A stretch of 64,000 nt of DNA from Hydrolagus colliei. Its lineage: Eukaryota. The notes under the pieces were generated by a model. That model was not told where the DNA came from, ran no database searches, and saw nothing but the letters and a program-made list of their open reading frames with translations. Position 1 is the first letter of the stretch. Every line of letters begins with the position of its first letter. The stretch spans positions 9,114,001 to 9,178,000 of the forward strand of contig CM068748.1 in NCBI GenBank assembly GCA_035084275.1. Reading direction: 5' to 3'. The translations under genes were made by a program, and so were the position numbers. Shown here one piece after another: positions 27,401 through 42,400 of this stretch.

Positions 27401-30400
27401 TTTCTTTTCCAAAAGGACCTTGGCGACCTTATAGTGCCCACAATGGGCTGCCACGTGCAACGCTGTCAGGTAGTCGTTTGTCACGTCGTCCACAGGCACG
27501 TCATGCTGAAGGAGCAGCTTCACCGAATTGAGGTGATCGCCTTGTGTTGCCATGTGCAGAGGAGACAATCCATTCTAACAGAGGATCAAACAAATGGTAA
27601 AAGTAAAGACTTGTGCACACCACTGCTAGTTATACCAGGTCTCCTAGAACCTAGAATACATCTGCTTCAAATATCATTATTCAGAAGAGCTTGATTCATA
27701 AAGCACGAGGATGGTTAATGAAATCCAAATTGTAGTTCATTTACAGGTTTAACAGTCACATTGCCTGAATGAAGTCCAGTCAATTCGTTAAAAAAGCTTC
27801 CTTGACTCGGTGTGAATTTTTACCACACTATATTGTACAGTGCGTAAAGTGCCAACAGTTTGTGAATATGCGGTTTAAAGCAAAGACTTTGATGCTGATT
27901 TGTTCAGAATGACATACTTTTGTTTTTGAAAGAATTGGGGCCCCTCGGTCCAGCAACATTTCCACAACCTGCTCATGGCCGCTCCTCCCTGCACAGTGTA
28001 GAGGTGTCAACCCGTCCTAGAGAAGAAAACGTGGCAAATTAATCAACTAAAAACTTGACAGTTTAAACAATGTTACACTGATGTAAGAAAATGCTATAAA
28101 ATAGCTCTGAACAGATGCAGCCTATCTTCAAATGAACTACAGTTTGGATCTTTTTTCTGCCCCACAAAAAATGCAGTCAATTTACTTTACAGTATATTTT
28201 TGAGACATATAATTTATAGCGCTTTGAGACATCTTGAAGATGTGATATGGGGCTAGATCAAATGAAAGAACTACTATTATTAAGAATATGGTGGTGATGT
28301 ATTAAGACTAACATGCTTATAAGATGTTTAAGGAGATTATAAGTGAAAAATTGTGTTTTTTATTTGTTGAGTTCTGTCCACCACCACTTTTTGTCTAACA
28401 CTGCAATGCTCCATAATAGAATACGTACTGATTTCAGTGTTATATGGCTTACCATCATATATTACTGAACTATGTGTGACCCCATTTCATTACTATGGCA
28501 CTGGTGCCATTTAAAAGAAGCTAAACATCAGTTTTGTCCCTGGAATAAGAATTCACTTTGGACAATCATTTGCATGGTGTTATCAATGTCTGAATGTACT
28601 TTGTACTGAAACAAAGGTTAATTTATTCTTTCGATGGTCCATCACAAATAAGAGGATTTTTCCCCCCTTTTTTTTATTGCTCCAATAAAGGAAATGCAAG
28701 AAATATATATTTTTTAAAGTGATCCAATAGATTCTCACAAAAGGTTATCTGCTACTCTGTCACAGCCAGACTGTGTTTCCTAAATTTTAGGAAGATTTTT
28801 AAAAATATCTCTCTTTGTATACATCTAAAAATACACTTGTGGTTGTTGGTTGCATGTTTTCTTTTGATTACTACCTGGTACCCTATAGAAATCAGCCAGA
28901 CAGGAACCATTTACATACTGAAGATAAAACACACAATACTACAGATGCTGGGAATCTGAAACAAAAAAGTATGTTTTTGTTACATACTGAAGATGTCTGG
29001 ATCACTCTCATTGTGATCCCATCCAAACTGTCTGATTACTTGATGTGCTATTTATTGTAGGAATTGCAAACTTACCCGTGTTTTGGCTTCAATCTGTGAT
29101 CCTCGATCCAACAATAACTTCACCATGTTGGCATTCCCTCTCTTTGAGGCCACATGCAGTGGGGTAATATCATTCTGAAGAGAATATTGAATCAGTATGA
29201 AAGACACATATGTAAGAGTAGTAGTGCAATATCACCTTTCTTACATAAAAGTTTCAAAGTCTTGTATTTTACAAGACACTGTCATGTCATAATTCACAGG
29301 CATGTTGCAGTATGCTGCAGAATGCACATTTTCAGTCAATTTGTTTTTGACAATAATCGACTTTTCACAACCAGCCACACAAAAACAAAACAAAATCAAT
29401 TAAATGTTAACAATGTCTTCTTTGTTCTTTAAACACTGCTATGATTTTCCATGCGTTTAAAAATACCTGCAAATTATTTTGCATTACAATGCATATTTTA
29501 AACCATTTATTTAAGATCGTTGACATTACCAAACTGCAACCCTGAAAATAGACTGCCCTGGAACCTTTTGGTGAAACATCTTTATCTGAAATCATAACTG
29601 TCAGTTGGAGTAGACTCTATGTTTGGTGGTCAATAACACCAAAAGATGCCAATTGAAAATTCCTACAAAATGAGCTGGGGCATGCCTTTCAAACTAATCA
29701 ATATACCCCCACAGCTTTTCAAGAGGAGAGGCAGTTTGCTTATTTGGATCAGATCCCAGTTGTATTGCGAAATAAATTCTGGAACCATGCTAGCTTCTGC
29801 CGATCATTAATGTGACTTTCACTTTATCCTTTGAACATTGGAAGTACAGTACCTACAAAGTGCAAAACACTCTTCCCCGTATTAGTTGGCAAGTTCTCTA
29901 TGAACATAGTCAAATATTTCAGATTTATAAAGATGACTTTGGACATATGTATTGTCAGTAGCCAATTGAGAGCATCTCTGATTCCTTTAATTCAATTCAT
30001 GCATTCTTATGATCTGTCCCCCATAGAAAGTACATGACCTTACAGGTTCCACATATTTACTTTAATTATACAAATGTGCCTTCAGCTTGTATAAATAGAT
30101 CTATGGGTGAAATTCCTCTTAACCCTAAAAGTATTACTGTTGTGAGCTTACAATTTGACTTTCCTATGAAAGCACACATTGCCAAAGTTGCTAACTTAGC
30201 AAAAAAAGGGATACCATCACTGATTATCTTTTAACTGGGTATGTGTCCTCTACTGAACTTATATTTTGAAAAGGAGTTGGTTTGGATATTTGATTGCTCA
30301 CCCTTGGCAATGCAGTTGTCTGAGGCTAAAGATCAGTTAAAGTCTTAACTAATATTGACATTTCAATGTAAATCCTGTTCACCAAGTTCCTATGTTGATG

Positions 30401-33400
30401 TGGTTGAATATACACCTAAATCGGTTACCTATTATTTAAAAGCAGGAATGCAGATTTACACAGAGTGCCAGACAAAATAGTATAAAATATGCAAAGAATG
30501 TGATGCCAAGTGGGGCCAGGGAACTAGATATTTAGAGAAACAAGACATTCTGAACTAGTTTTGGAAAATTCAACACCCCAGTTTCGCCACCCTTCATGTC
30601 CCTGTGAAAAACACAGTAAAGATCCCATCACATTTCTCATAGTACTATCCACTGCCTGCATAATTGTTTAGATACACTGTATAAACTGTACCTTAACTTG
30701 AAGGTGTTCTGTTTATTCCTCCTATTCTCTTACTCTTGAGGTTCTGGTTCTCAATAATTCTGCTTGTGCATAGGCAAGCCCTAGCTTCACACTCAGAGGG
30801 AACAATATTAATAATGGGAGATTCTGTGGGTATCGGATTGGAAGAACTAAATACTGTGTATCCTCTCTGGGCATAGGCTAGGCAGCCTTCATCAAACCCA
30901 ATCATTTCATTCATTGTAATCGGAGAGACGAAGAATGTCAGTTTCAACCACATGAAACACATATCAGAAGGGAACCATTATTATTTCCATATATTGGTAA
31001 CTTTTCACTCACACATGTAAAAAAGCAAAAATACCGAAACACATCAAGAAAAATTGCCCACAGTGCAGAATATACAAGAAGAGTGAGCTTGTGACGTGGG
31101 AAGACTGAACCTTACCCTGGCTGTGAAATCTACAGCAGCACCTCGATTCAACAACAAAGTTGCTACGTTTATATTCCCGTAATGGGCAGCTATATGAAGC
31201 GGGGTAAAGCCACTCTGAAAGAAAAAGATTTTGAGCATTCATTATACTGCTGTGTCTCCATACCAACCTCCAATAGTTCAATTTCAATCTTTCAGATCAA
31301 AGTGTTTCCATCTCTTCCTGGTTAGTCAAATGTTTGCATTTAGCTCAATGCATTTAATGAAGTAATGCTACAAAAATGGTATTCTGCAGCACCACAGCCA
31401 CAACACTCCACTTCCACTTTCAAATTCAGCTTAGTTTTCAATTTGCTTAAATCCATTACTTTTTTCTATTGGTTAGAGATCAGTAGCCAAATTTTAAAAA
31501 AATCTTGCATTTGATATAGCACTTCATCAAAATGCCTCAAAGTGCTTCACAAAATTTTTACTCGGAAGTGTAGTGACTGTGTCTTTTGAGAAAATATTCA
31601 TAGCACTACAATGATGCCTTTGATCCAAAGGCAATGGAGGCACCACTGCTGAGTTGCAGCGATTCTTCTTTCTAATCTCGGTAAAAAATTATTCTTTCTA
31701 AACTCATCACTCCATATCTGTGTGAATTCCATCCTTTGAAAAACAACAAGCAGTATTCAGTAGCTCTGTGATGACACAGCATTGCATATTGCATATTAAA
31801 CACTATATTGAAACACTGTTAATTTAGGCCTACAATGTCATGATCAGCCCTTTTATCTTTGCTCAGCCGGTTGCTGACACATGTGGAAACCGATCACCGT
31901 GCTGAAGAATATCCAGACCAGACGGAGTTCAACGTTCATGCCATGTTCAGGCTCCCTTCCCTGTATTTGGAATGGATTGCACACATTCTCCCTAGACAGA
32001 TGCACCCTGCTTGCTGAATTCCGAGGTGTAATCAGATGAAGGTTGTCAAGAGCCGAGGCTTGAGTGCAAGTTGAGGCTGGAGGTGAACCAATTCAAACCA
32101 AGGTTTATCAGTGGGCAATTAACATTGAATTAGAACAATGGTTACGTTACCTGGGATAGAGCTTGGCAGTAACATCTTAACTGTGAACACAGTTTAGTAC
32201 TGTATTCTCTTCACTTTAGACATCTCTGACCAAAAATCACTGCATGGAGTTCTTTTGACAACTAAGTTGTAGACTTTTACTGTTAATCTATGAAGGGGAA
32301 TTTCTACAAGACTGCATTTAGCAGATATTGATGCTTTTGATGATCTTTTGTACAGTGCCTTGAAAGTACTTCTTCACATGGCTTTGCTTTGTGGAAATTT
32401 CCAAGAGGAAACACAGCTACATGAACTTTATTTGTCAAAAAAAGTTAGCTACCCTTATAAACATTCCTTAGTGAACTGATCTTATTTTGACAAGGAAACC
32501 CCACCACTGTGACACAAACCAACTCCATGGGACAAAGTTCATAACTCCAGGAGTTCTGTAGATGTAAACATTTATCACTGCACTTCACATAGGTCAAATT
32601 TGAAAAGAAATCATGGACCCATGTGGTTTTATATTCTCACTCCAAATAGTCACACGAAGAGTCAGTAGCTCACGGTGCAACTAGTAATGTTTGAAGCAAG
32701 ATTAAATGTTTAGTTACTAGATACAGGCAACTTGAATAGTTACCGTTAAACCTGTGAAACAAGTCACCGTTTCAAGGCTTTTCTAAAATTGGCAAATAGA
32801 GATACTGATTCATAAAACAGTATACAATTTTACACTAGTGTGAATTCTATAACGTGCAGGGAAAGGGGATGTGAGTCATTCAATGGATCTTTGAGTTTAA
32901 CTCAAACTGCAGTACATGCGAAAATACATCACTTGACCTTGTGTGCAAGTATGCTTAAAGGGCATATGTCATTCCCAAAGGGTGTGAGCTGCCGGCATAA
33001 TGTGACAAGTTGCCAAGAAAGGCTCAGGCTGTTCCATTTAAAGTGGATGTCATCTGGCGTGGCGACGAGCGCAAATGTGCAGCCAGCATCTGACATGTTT
33101 CAGCTACTTTTATGAGGCATTGTGATGACAACACTCAGCAGTGATATCAATAGGTTCAGATATTTGCAAGTGTGATTTCCTGCCTTGCAAGCCTGAAATA
33201 GAGGATCACACACACCCTTTAAGTGAGAGGGGAAAACACGTGTGAATATCCCAAGTGTGTGGTGCAGTAAAAGTTTACTTTTGAAGCTGAACTGACAAGT
33301 GTTCAGTTACATTAAATGAACCGTCCTGGTCTCGGAGATTCTCTATATTTAGTGTAAAACATTAGATTCAGCGCGAGATTATTTCACAAAGCTGTAGTTA

Positions 33401-36400
33401 TAACTAGGCAAGGTTATACTAGGCAAGGTTACATTTGGCAGCAGGTAGTTCATGTACAGTACCAGGTTAATGCTAGAACATGCAACTAATAATCCAGAAC
33501 CCATACTACGAGGAACTTAATGCATTTACAAATATTCAGGAAGTCTCATAGCCATGCTTACTGTAAAGAGACCATGTTTTCAAATGTGTGTTTTCACAAG
33601 GCTTTAAAGCCTCTCTTTGCTGACACTTGCAGGATAAGTGTCATGCAGCAGCCTGAGGAGTCAATCCTGAATGCATACTGTGTCAGGGCTGTCTGCAGTT
33701 CTCAGCATGTGTGTTACATCAGACACTGTAACTGGATACAGGCTCCACTCATTTCTTGTATACACACTGAAACACATGTTCTGATCAAAACACATTCCAA
33801 AATATTTTGAGGGAGCATTTTTGTTGACACTAAAATAAAATCTAAAACTATAGCGGTCAATATTCTGTGAGCAAAGCTCCTAGGTCCAACTGCAGAAAGC
33901 CCTGCTTTTCAAACTACTATCTATACTCGGACATGCTAGTTTATATAAAGCCGTTAATTTTTAAAAGGAAAGCAAAGCCAGAAAAAAGAGTGAGATGAAG
34001 AAGCAGCACACAGATTATGGAAGAGTGACGTGGTATATATACCTCTGTTGTTCTATTCACCATCATCTACGATAGCACATTGGGCAGCGAAGAGAAGAAA
34101 AAAATGAACGGTTAGTTCACCAACAGGTGACATGGATGCACAAGCTCTATGTTGGCGAATGACAGAAGGTAGTGATGTAAGCAAAATGGGCCGAGAGAGG
34201 GCAAATAAACCAGAAAGAATGAGAAGGAAAGAGAATTCAGGCCTCAGGACTAGAACGTACTAAATAAGGAAGGATTCCTTGCAAACACAGTTCACAAGTT
34301 ATCACAGTTCACAGTTATCGGAAACATCCTCATAGCAGATGAAAGAGTTTTAAGGAGTTATTCATTACAAAATAATCATAAGCAAAACACACATTCCTGC
34401 AATTTGAGGCAATTTACTTTGTTATTTCAGTGATTAGAAACAGATACAAAACCCACAGGGATTGACTTGAGGTTCCTTGGCTGTGTTTCTTTCTGATACA
34501 CTCTTCATTCACCAGTAGAGAGGCCACGTAAACATCACTAGGGCAAGCTGCCCGACTGGGGAGCAAGACCTACCTTTGACTCCACATCTGCATTATGATC
34601 ATTCTGCAGAAGTAATGCTGCAGCTTTGGTGTCATCTTTCCGGGCCGCAATGTGTAAGGCCGGGAGCCGGACTTTTCCCTTTGTATCATTTTCCAGCAGC
34701 AGTGATACCACCTGATCGTGGCCTTGCTGCAGGGCCACAGCTAGTGGTGTGAATCCATCCTTTATAACAGAAAGGTGAACAATTACCAATACTATCGATA
34801 TAAACACAATGGCTTGAATTGTGCAGCGCCAATGGTATTGTGATGATCATTAAAACACAAGTATTATTATTTGAATTTATTTACTTAAAGCAATTAATAC
34901 AAAGGACTGGAACAGATCCTTCACTTCAGGCAGCTGGTGTGTCAAAACAAGAGGTCATGTGAATATTTTGCTCAGCTCAGTTTTTAAAAAAACAATTGTT
35001 TTTACATGTATTTCAGAGTTCAGGTATATAAGGTTTGTGTAGCTTTAATATCTTTTTTTATATACTAACTACTCGACTGTAGGGCAGTCACTGAAGTAGC
35101 CTGATTAGGATTCTTAAATAGTTTTTAAATTGCAACTGGGAAACAGTAATATTTTTAAAAATTGCATTTTGCATTCAGTAAAAATGGTATGCATGCCTCC
35201 TAGTTGTACACCCAAGTAAGTTTGAACTAGGAAAACATATTGACTGTTTGTGAGACACTGCTGTACGAAATTGGATGCCGCGTTTCATCCTCAGTATATT
35301 CCGTGAAACTTTACAGTAAATTCTGTGAAATGCTTTGAGACGTCTAGAAGACGTATAAAGTGCTACTTCAAATGCAAGCATTATTATTATTAGTGTCCCA
35401 CAAACAGTCATGGATTGAAATGACCAATTTTTGGAAGGATTTATTATCAGGCGTGTGGAGTAAGGAAACTTGCCTAAGGTTTCGCCCTGACCTGGCTGGA
35501 ATTGAACCCAGGTTTCTCGCTTGCGAGGTGAGTGCTCTAATTACTGAGCTACAGGACTACACTGTAGGGAGAATGTGGATGCAGGTTACATCTTAGCAAA
35601 GTAAAAGAACAGACATTCAGAATGTAACAGTAAACGTCAGAAATCCCACACTGATTTCTCTCTCTGCCAGTTGAAGCCCAGAACACAGCATCAGATCTTG
35701 ACATCAGATCTTGACATCAGACACTCAGGGAGCAGTGGAATAGAGATCTGAGATTCGCAACAGTGTAGTAGAGGACTAGACAAGTCAGATTCAGAGAGAA
35801 GCGAATGAGAAATCTGTGACCCCAGAAGCTGTGTTGTTTTACTTTGAAGTTTCTGCGTTTTGCCATTGCCAATGCTGAATATCCCAGTGAAACCCAAACA
35901 TTTTACTCCTTTCTCTGCAAGATATACTGTGCCATTCTAACTACATGAGTTGTGACTTTTATGAAGATCATGAAATTATCTGAGTCTTCTATCAAATAGA
36001 TTTGATAACTGTTATGTTGGTGGGTGATGAACTTTTATGATAGCGGTTAAACCTATCCTTACACTGGCATATTTTGCAGCAATATTTCTGATCTACGAAA
36101 GTTGTTTGGCAGTCCCAATGTTGTATAGAATCTGTTTAGTGAAATGAGAGACTATAGTGACGTAATGCCTTTGTAACTTGTCACTTGCTATGTGATATGA
36201 TAATTTTAGTGAGACTGGTGGAACATCTTTCTACTTACGGTATACAACTGTGCAATCCTGCTTATTCAGATAAAGTTAACAATGTTTCCAATTACTTTTT
36301 GTTTAAATGCAAAAGGTTACAGCTGAACTGGTCCTAAAATATTACAAAATAACAAAGCAAGAACATCCTTGTTTTGGCAACTTTTTTAATGCTCAGCATT

Positions 36401-39400
36401 ATAAGTTGAGGAGTGTATGGTAGTGAATGTCTTTAAATACAACAAAATCAAGTGCTTAAGAGTCAAACACCCAGCTTCATTGAAACAAACAGTAAAAGCA
36501 GCAATTTAAGAGAGCTGGTAGTACAGTATATTGAAATGACAATTGTGGGAAGAATTGGCAAAACATTTTCTTGGTTGCTAATTGTTCAGTTTCAGTGACT
36601 TGAATGATTTCGTTCTCCACTCTAAATAGAACATAATAAATTAGCTTCCTATTGACCTCATTGTAAAGCCTAATTCAATCAGATCTCACAACACATAAGC
36701 CTTCAAAAATGCTTAGAAATTGCAAATTATATTCCCGCCACTATATGTGTGCTGTTAAATCATACGAAATAAAAATATTAGTAAAAGATCCATGTTTTCA
36801 CTATAGACAGAAAGAATAATAAACTGAATTACCTCAGTTGCAATACTTTGACTTGCACCATTGTCCAGCAGGAACTTTACAACTTCAAGATGGTTCTCCT
36901 GTGCGGCCATGTACAAAGGAGTGAAGCCATTCTGCAAAATACAAAAATCATGCCTTTCAAACCACCTCTTTGAGGTTTAAATGTAGATCTAAGAGGGCAA
37001 CGACACCAAAATCACATTTGTAGAGCATCTTTCGTGTCAGGAGGACGTCCCACATGTGGTGAGGGGGAGTTGAAGAGCATATCTAGTAATATAGAGTCCT
37101 GCAATGTAGTGGTTAGAGCACTCGCCTCACAAGTGAGAAGACCTGGATTTGCTTCCTGGGACAGGGTGAAACCTTAAGAAAGTTTCCTCACCTTACACAC
37201 TTTTGTTTACCTAGCAGTAAGTAGGATACCCTATTGTTAGTTGATTGGCTGATCACTTGGCAGAGGTAATAATCCCTTAAAAATAATAATAATTTGATCA
37301 CTCAATCCACGACTATTTTTGGGACATTGCTGTGGATGCAGTGTTTCACCCACAAAATACACAGTAATTACACTGTGCAGTATATACTTTGAGACGCACT
37401 GTGATGTCTTGATGATCTAATGCTATATCAAATGCAATATTTTTTTTTCTTTTTATGATCTGTAGGAATATGTGTTCAATTACATAAAAGGTGATGTGTA
37501 GGAAACTTTGCTTTGATGTGACTACTTCTGATGCTTGTTAAAACCAATGAGTTTGGACACTGAACAAAATGGAGAGATGTGGACTGCTGGTTGAAAAACA
37601 GAGTCAGTAAGTTGCAGGGTGAATACACAAGTAAACATGTCTGGAGTAAATACTGACATTGGACACTGGATAGTAATGAAACCTAATAATATCCTTCATG
37701 GACAAATGCAGAGCTCAGCTTCTTGTTGATGAAGCAATGCTGGGCTAAATATAATGGGTTTATTTTAAATTGAACAGTAAAGCAAAGGGTTCTTTGCATG
37801 GGGCAGCTCTGCTACAAGTGCTGATTGAAGCTAACACTAAAACCACATTTAAAGGGGAAAGCTGGATTTGCACAGAAACAATATGATAGCTCGAGGGAAA
37901 GAGGAGGGTGTTGAGCCTAGGATATAGACCCCCCAGCAAAGGAATTAGGATCATTACAGACTTGAAAAGGTTGAATGGCCACCTTCTGTGCTGTAATTTC
38001 TTTTGATTTTTTATGTGATTTGCATTTCTATGTGGTTTGTCGTGAACAAATTGTAGAATTGAATTGAAGGGTAGTTAATATATATTCTGAGTGCCCAATA
38101 TTTTATCCTGACACAACGTTCAAGCCAGCTACTTTTAAAAGTTCTTTGTTTCATCAATAAATTATTTGATATTTTCACAGCATCTTTTATTTCCCAAGGC
38201 TTCAGACAGCAGCTCCTGGTTGGAAGGCCAAGCAGGTGAGCTCCATTCAGGGCTGCCCTGTAACCATACACCAGGCCTGTGAATCGAGCTCAGGGGGAAT
38301 TCACTCTGCAATTTCCTCCTCTGTTATGGAGAAGCACCTGGCTTCCACCCAGCATCGCTCCTCAACAGCAAGGTTAAAATTAGTGAATAGTTCAAGCTGT
38401 AAAGGCATTCAATTGCTGAGTAGCCCAGTTGGTGTTTATTCATCACCTCACTTTTGATAAAGTAGTGATGAAAGAGCTAAGGTACAATTTGATTAAAGTA
38501 GTTATTAGATTTCTGTTGTTGCGACTGATGGATTTATGAGCACAATTAGTTTTCACGCTAGGGGAGGATAGCAGGAAACTGTACCAATCAATGGGGGAGC
38601 TCCCTGCGGGCGGGATGTCAGTATATGGGACAAAGAGACCAGAAGGTTCAGGTTGGATGGAGCTTTTCGTATGTCATGAATATAAGACATTTAATAGGGA
38701 AGGGCAAGTCTGAGTGGTCCTTTCTGTTTACAATCCTGTGCATTCTCCAATTTATAGAAGGACAAAACTATTTTTGCATGAGTATTTTATTTGCCTTAAG
38801 GAGTTGTCAGCTTGCATGCACTGTCTAGCTTCTTGGATGCTAGGCCGCTCAGTAGTTTATGGAGGGAAGTTATGCATATTCTGGAGCAATTTATTTCAGC
38901 ACCAAGTAGATGCTTTGCGGTTTGGGGAAGCAGAGTTTGCCAGTGAGTAATCAACAATATTCAGTTGGTACTTTCCTGACTTCGATCAACTCACAATGAC
39001 AACTTTGAAGTGCTCGCACCCATTCAACTAAGTGGAACCTGGGTAAAGGCACTGTCTTGGTGTGGCAATAAATTGTACAGACCAGAAAGCAACCTTTACA
39101 ATTCAAAGTTTATCCTGAATTAGTTACTGACCTCAGCCAGGTCACAGAAGGGTTCTGTGCTCCTAGGCTAGGTAGGGGAAAAATAAACCCTGGTACTTTT
39201 TCCTGATCACTATTCAGTGACCCCTGCTGGAAAGTGTAACATTTAACATTAAAATTAACAGGATTAGAAAAATAAAGGCTCAGCCTCATCGATATAAATA
39301 CTGTAATATGAAAATGTATCATTGTGACGCTATATTGATGAAATGATGTGCGGCCTTTCACTCTCCCCCCAAAATGTCAAAGACAAGACCATTTAAAGCG

Positions 39401-42400
39401 TTCAGAGCATCTTCCAACTATTGACATGAGAAGGAGGCATGTGCATACATCACAGCTTGAAATATTTTCCATTTTCAAAAGCAAGATTGAATTTTACATT
39501 CAATTTGGCAAAATTGTTCTCACTGTAGTTCCTACCACATGGGAAAATAAACCTGTCTGTTAAAAAGAAGTCAGTTATTTGGGGATGGATGGCAGATGTT
39601 CTAGGAGATTAGAGTGCAAATTCCTCTTTGTGCAGTGCAATGAATGCAAAAAAACTAAAACATTTAGCCCATCTTAATCTGTACTAATCCAAAGGTTGAA
39701 AAATCTAATTAAGTTAGTCAAATATCTCAACATATGAAGAAAATCTTTTCAGATCACTTGACAGTAAACAGAACATAGAAGACAACAGTTTAAAAGTCAG
39801 ATTGGTTCCTACAGTAACACAGTTATTTTTTATAAGGCAACACTTAAAGACTATGTATGTAATCAATGTAATTTTGTTGTTGTTGTTATTGAAGTTAAAA
39901 TAAGACACACATTAGATATAGAAGCATAAAACATTATGAATGCGTACAGGATGTTTTAATACAACAGCATCACAGTAAATTAAATCTAAAGTTGCGTAAG
40001 AAACCGCTGTTGAATTAAAGATGTTGAACTAAGAGCTTCATCCAACGACATAGGTCAAATGCAATTAATTCTATCAGTAAAGGACATTTTCTTCAAGGGT
40101 GTTTGACTGAAAGCTAAGTTGTATCCTTAATAATATAATCCACACACAGAGCGTGGAAGGCACTGTACCTGTTCATATTGCTTTATTTTCATCCAAAGCA
40201 GATCTTCATTAGTTAACAAGGTGCTATTATGTGGATTGTGAAGGCATGTAAATTATTCAATAAGCCTTTGGCCTCATTTAAAAATCCATTGCTTTAAAGT
40301 ACAGTACTGTAGCACTGTTCCCTGTCATTAGACATTCAGACCATGTAACAATGCAGTTAGTAAGATACTGGTAAACTGATCTGAAGATCAAAGGTGGCAT
40401 ATTTCTACTCTTTTTTTAAAACAAATGTTAGATTAGTTTTAGAATTGGCATATTCTATGCAAAAGTCATCAATATGAGCTACGGTTTATGCATCTTAAAT
40501 GAAGAAAAAGATAAGTATATCCAAATAACATTTCTACACAGAACTTCATATTTTAAATCCATCCAAATTTAGTATATTTTATTCAGACATTTTATATTTT
40601 AAATTTGATTTGCTCATATAACCCTTGGCTGCACTAATACAACTTATTCTTGTTTGGCTTGTGTTACAAAATAATAGCCTGAGCAACTATTGTCCAATTG
40701 ATGAACTATTGCCAAGAATTGCCACCCCAGCTCTGGACTCTGCCAAAGAACACATGAGCTCAAACCACGACAGATTTATTTCTAGGAAATATTTCTTTGT
40801 TGTTGATTCTACTGTTGTACAGCACTCAACATCACAACACTATGAAACAAAAATAACAAGCAACAAACATCACCAAATATTGGTACCTAGAATAAAAATC
40901 ACGAACACAACATGTTCTCAAGAGACAGATGGCAATTTGCAGCACTGGTTTAAAAACTTGCGGGTACAGTAAACCCTCCACCCACTCTCCTTCACAATAA
41001 GAGGTTAATTATAGCATATTACAAATTCTAATATAAAATCTGAGGATTTAATTAAGGCATTGCTCACCTTAATGGATATTAGGAAAGCTTTTAGAAAAAA
41101 GGAACTTTTTCTCAGCACAGCATTGCATTTCAATTTAAACATCCAGAAGTTATTTGAACAAAGACCTTCGATCAAATTAAAATCTTACCTGGGACTGTGC
41201 ATTGATATTTGCTCCATTTGTTACCAACACTTTTACAACTTCTGCTTGGCCAGCTAAGGATGCAATGTGCAATGCTGTATTTCCTTTCTGAAACCAAAAA
41301 TTACATGGAATAAATTAAGGAAAATGACACAATGAAATAATCGTAGCAATTACTCTTCATAAATCCCTCTTTTTCTAATGTTTGCATTTATGAAGACTAT
41401 GTCTCAATCAAATTTCAGGCCCCAGAAACTTTCCCTCTTTTCTTGAACCAGCACCTTGGGATATCCTCCCGATGTGAAAGGCGCTATACAGTTGTAATTT
41501 TGTTGTTGTTGTTGATTCGTGGTATAAACACTACTATGGTACAAACCGGTTGTGGTCCAGAACCTTATATTAAAAATAATCTTAGTTATTAATCTCATTT
41601 CCATTACTTGACCTAACTGCAAATTGAGCAATGCTCTGATTTTAACACGTGCTATGATTTTGGAGCATGAGAGCATCAAAATAAAGTTTAACGATGAACA
41701 ATTATAGAGTAGCAAAGAAAAGGGAGGTTACTGAGTCTGAGTTTACTTAAACTGTTAGTTCACTCTTGGCTTCAAAGTACTAATTTTTCACCTCCTTCCA
41801 TACATTCTTGTAGATGAACAACAGATGTTCCCTGTGAGGCATCTCCTTTCAAGACTGAAGAGCCCTAACTTGTCTAATCACTTTATGACCTTTGAATATC
41901 TTCCCATTTCTGTAAATCTCCATTTTAACATTCTGACTGATCTTTTTCAAAGCATTTTGGTTTAATCTTCCCTTGCTGCAATTTGGGGTGTCCTTGGCAC
42001 TGTGTAATGTTTTTGAAGCATGTTCATTTAGCCTCAATAGATTTATCACAAAGTAGTGCTCCCCTCCCGCTTCCCCAGCCTAGGCTACTGAATGTAGCAT
42101 TCATACCAAGGAACTTTTCCCACATATTACAATACTGAATATTGCCTGGTTTCTCCTGGGATCTGTAACTAGCTTCCTATATTCACCTCTATTTGATGCA
42201 GCCTTCTTTATGTTAAGAAAATGCCTTCCTTAATTGTGCATATGACTTTTTCATGGCATTGCTCAAAGAATGGAAGTGGATTGTGTGGAAAAGCACCAGA
42301 TACAAAATGCTGTTTCGTTACGCAGGGTCTCTATCGCTGCCTCTGGGGCCTCAACACTGTCACAGTACTTTTTTCCCCCATTCCTATTTGATGAAAAAAA

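Noticed and set aside
33405-35720. Short tandem duplications (ctaggcaaggtta near 33405; catcagatcttga near 35689)
   Set aside because: Ordinary replication-slippage events
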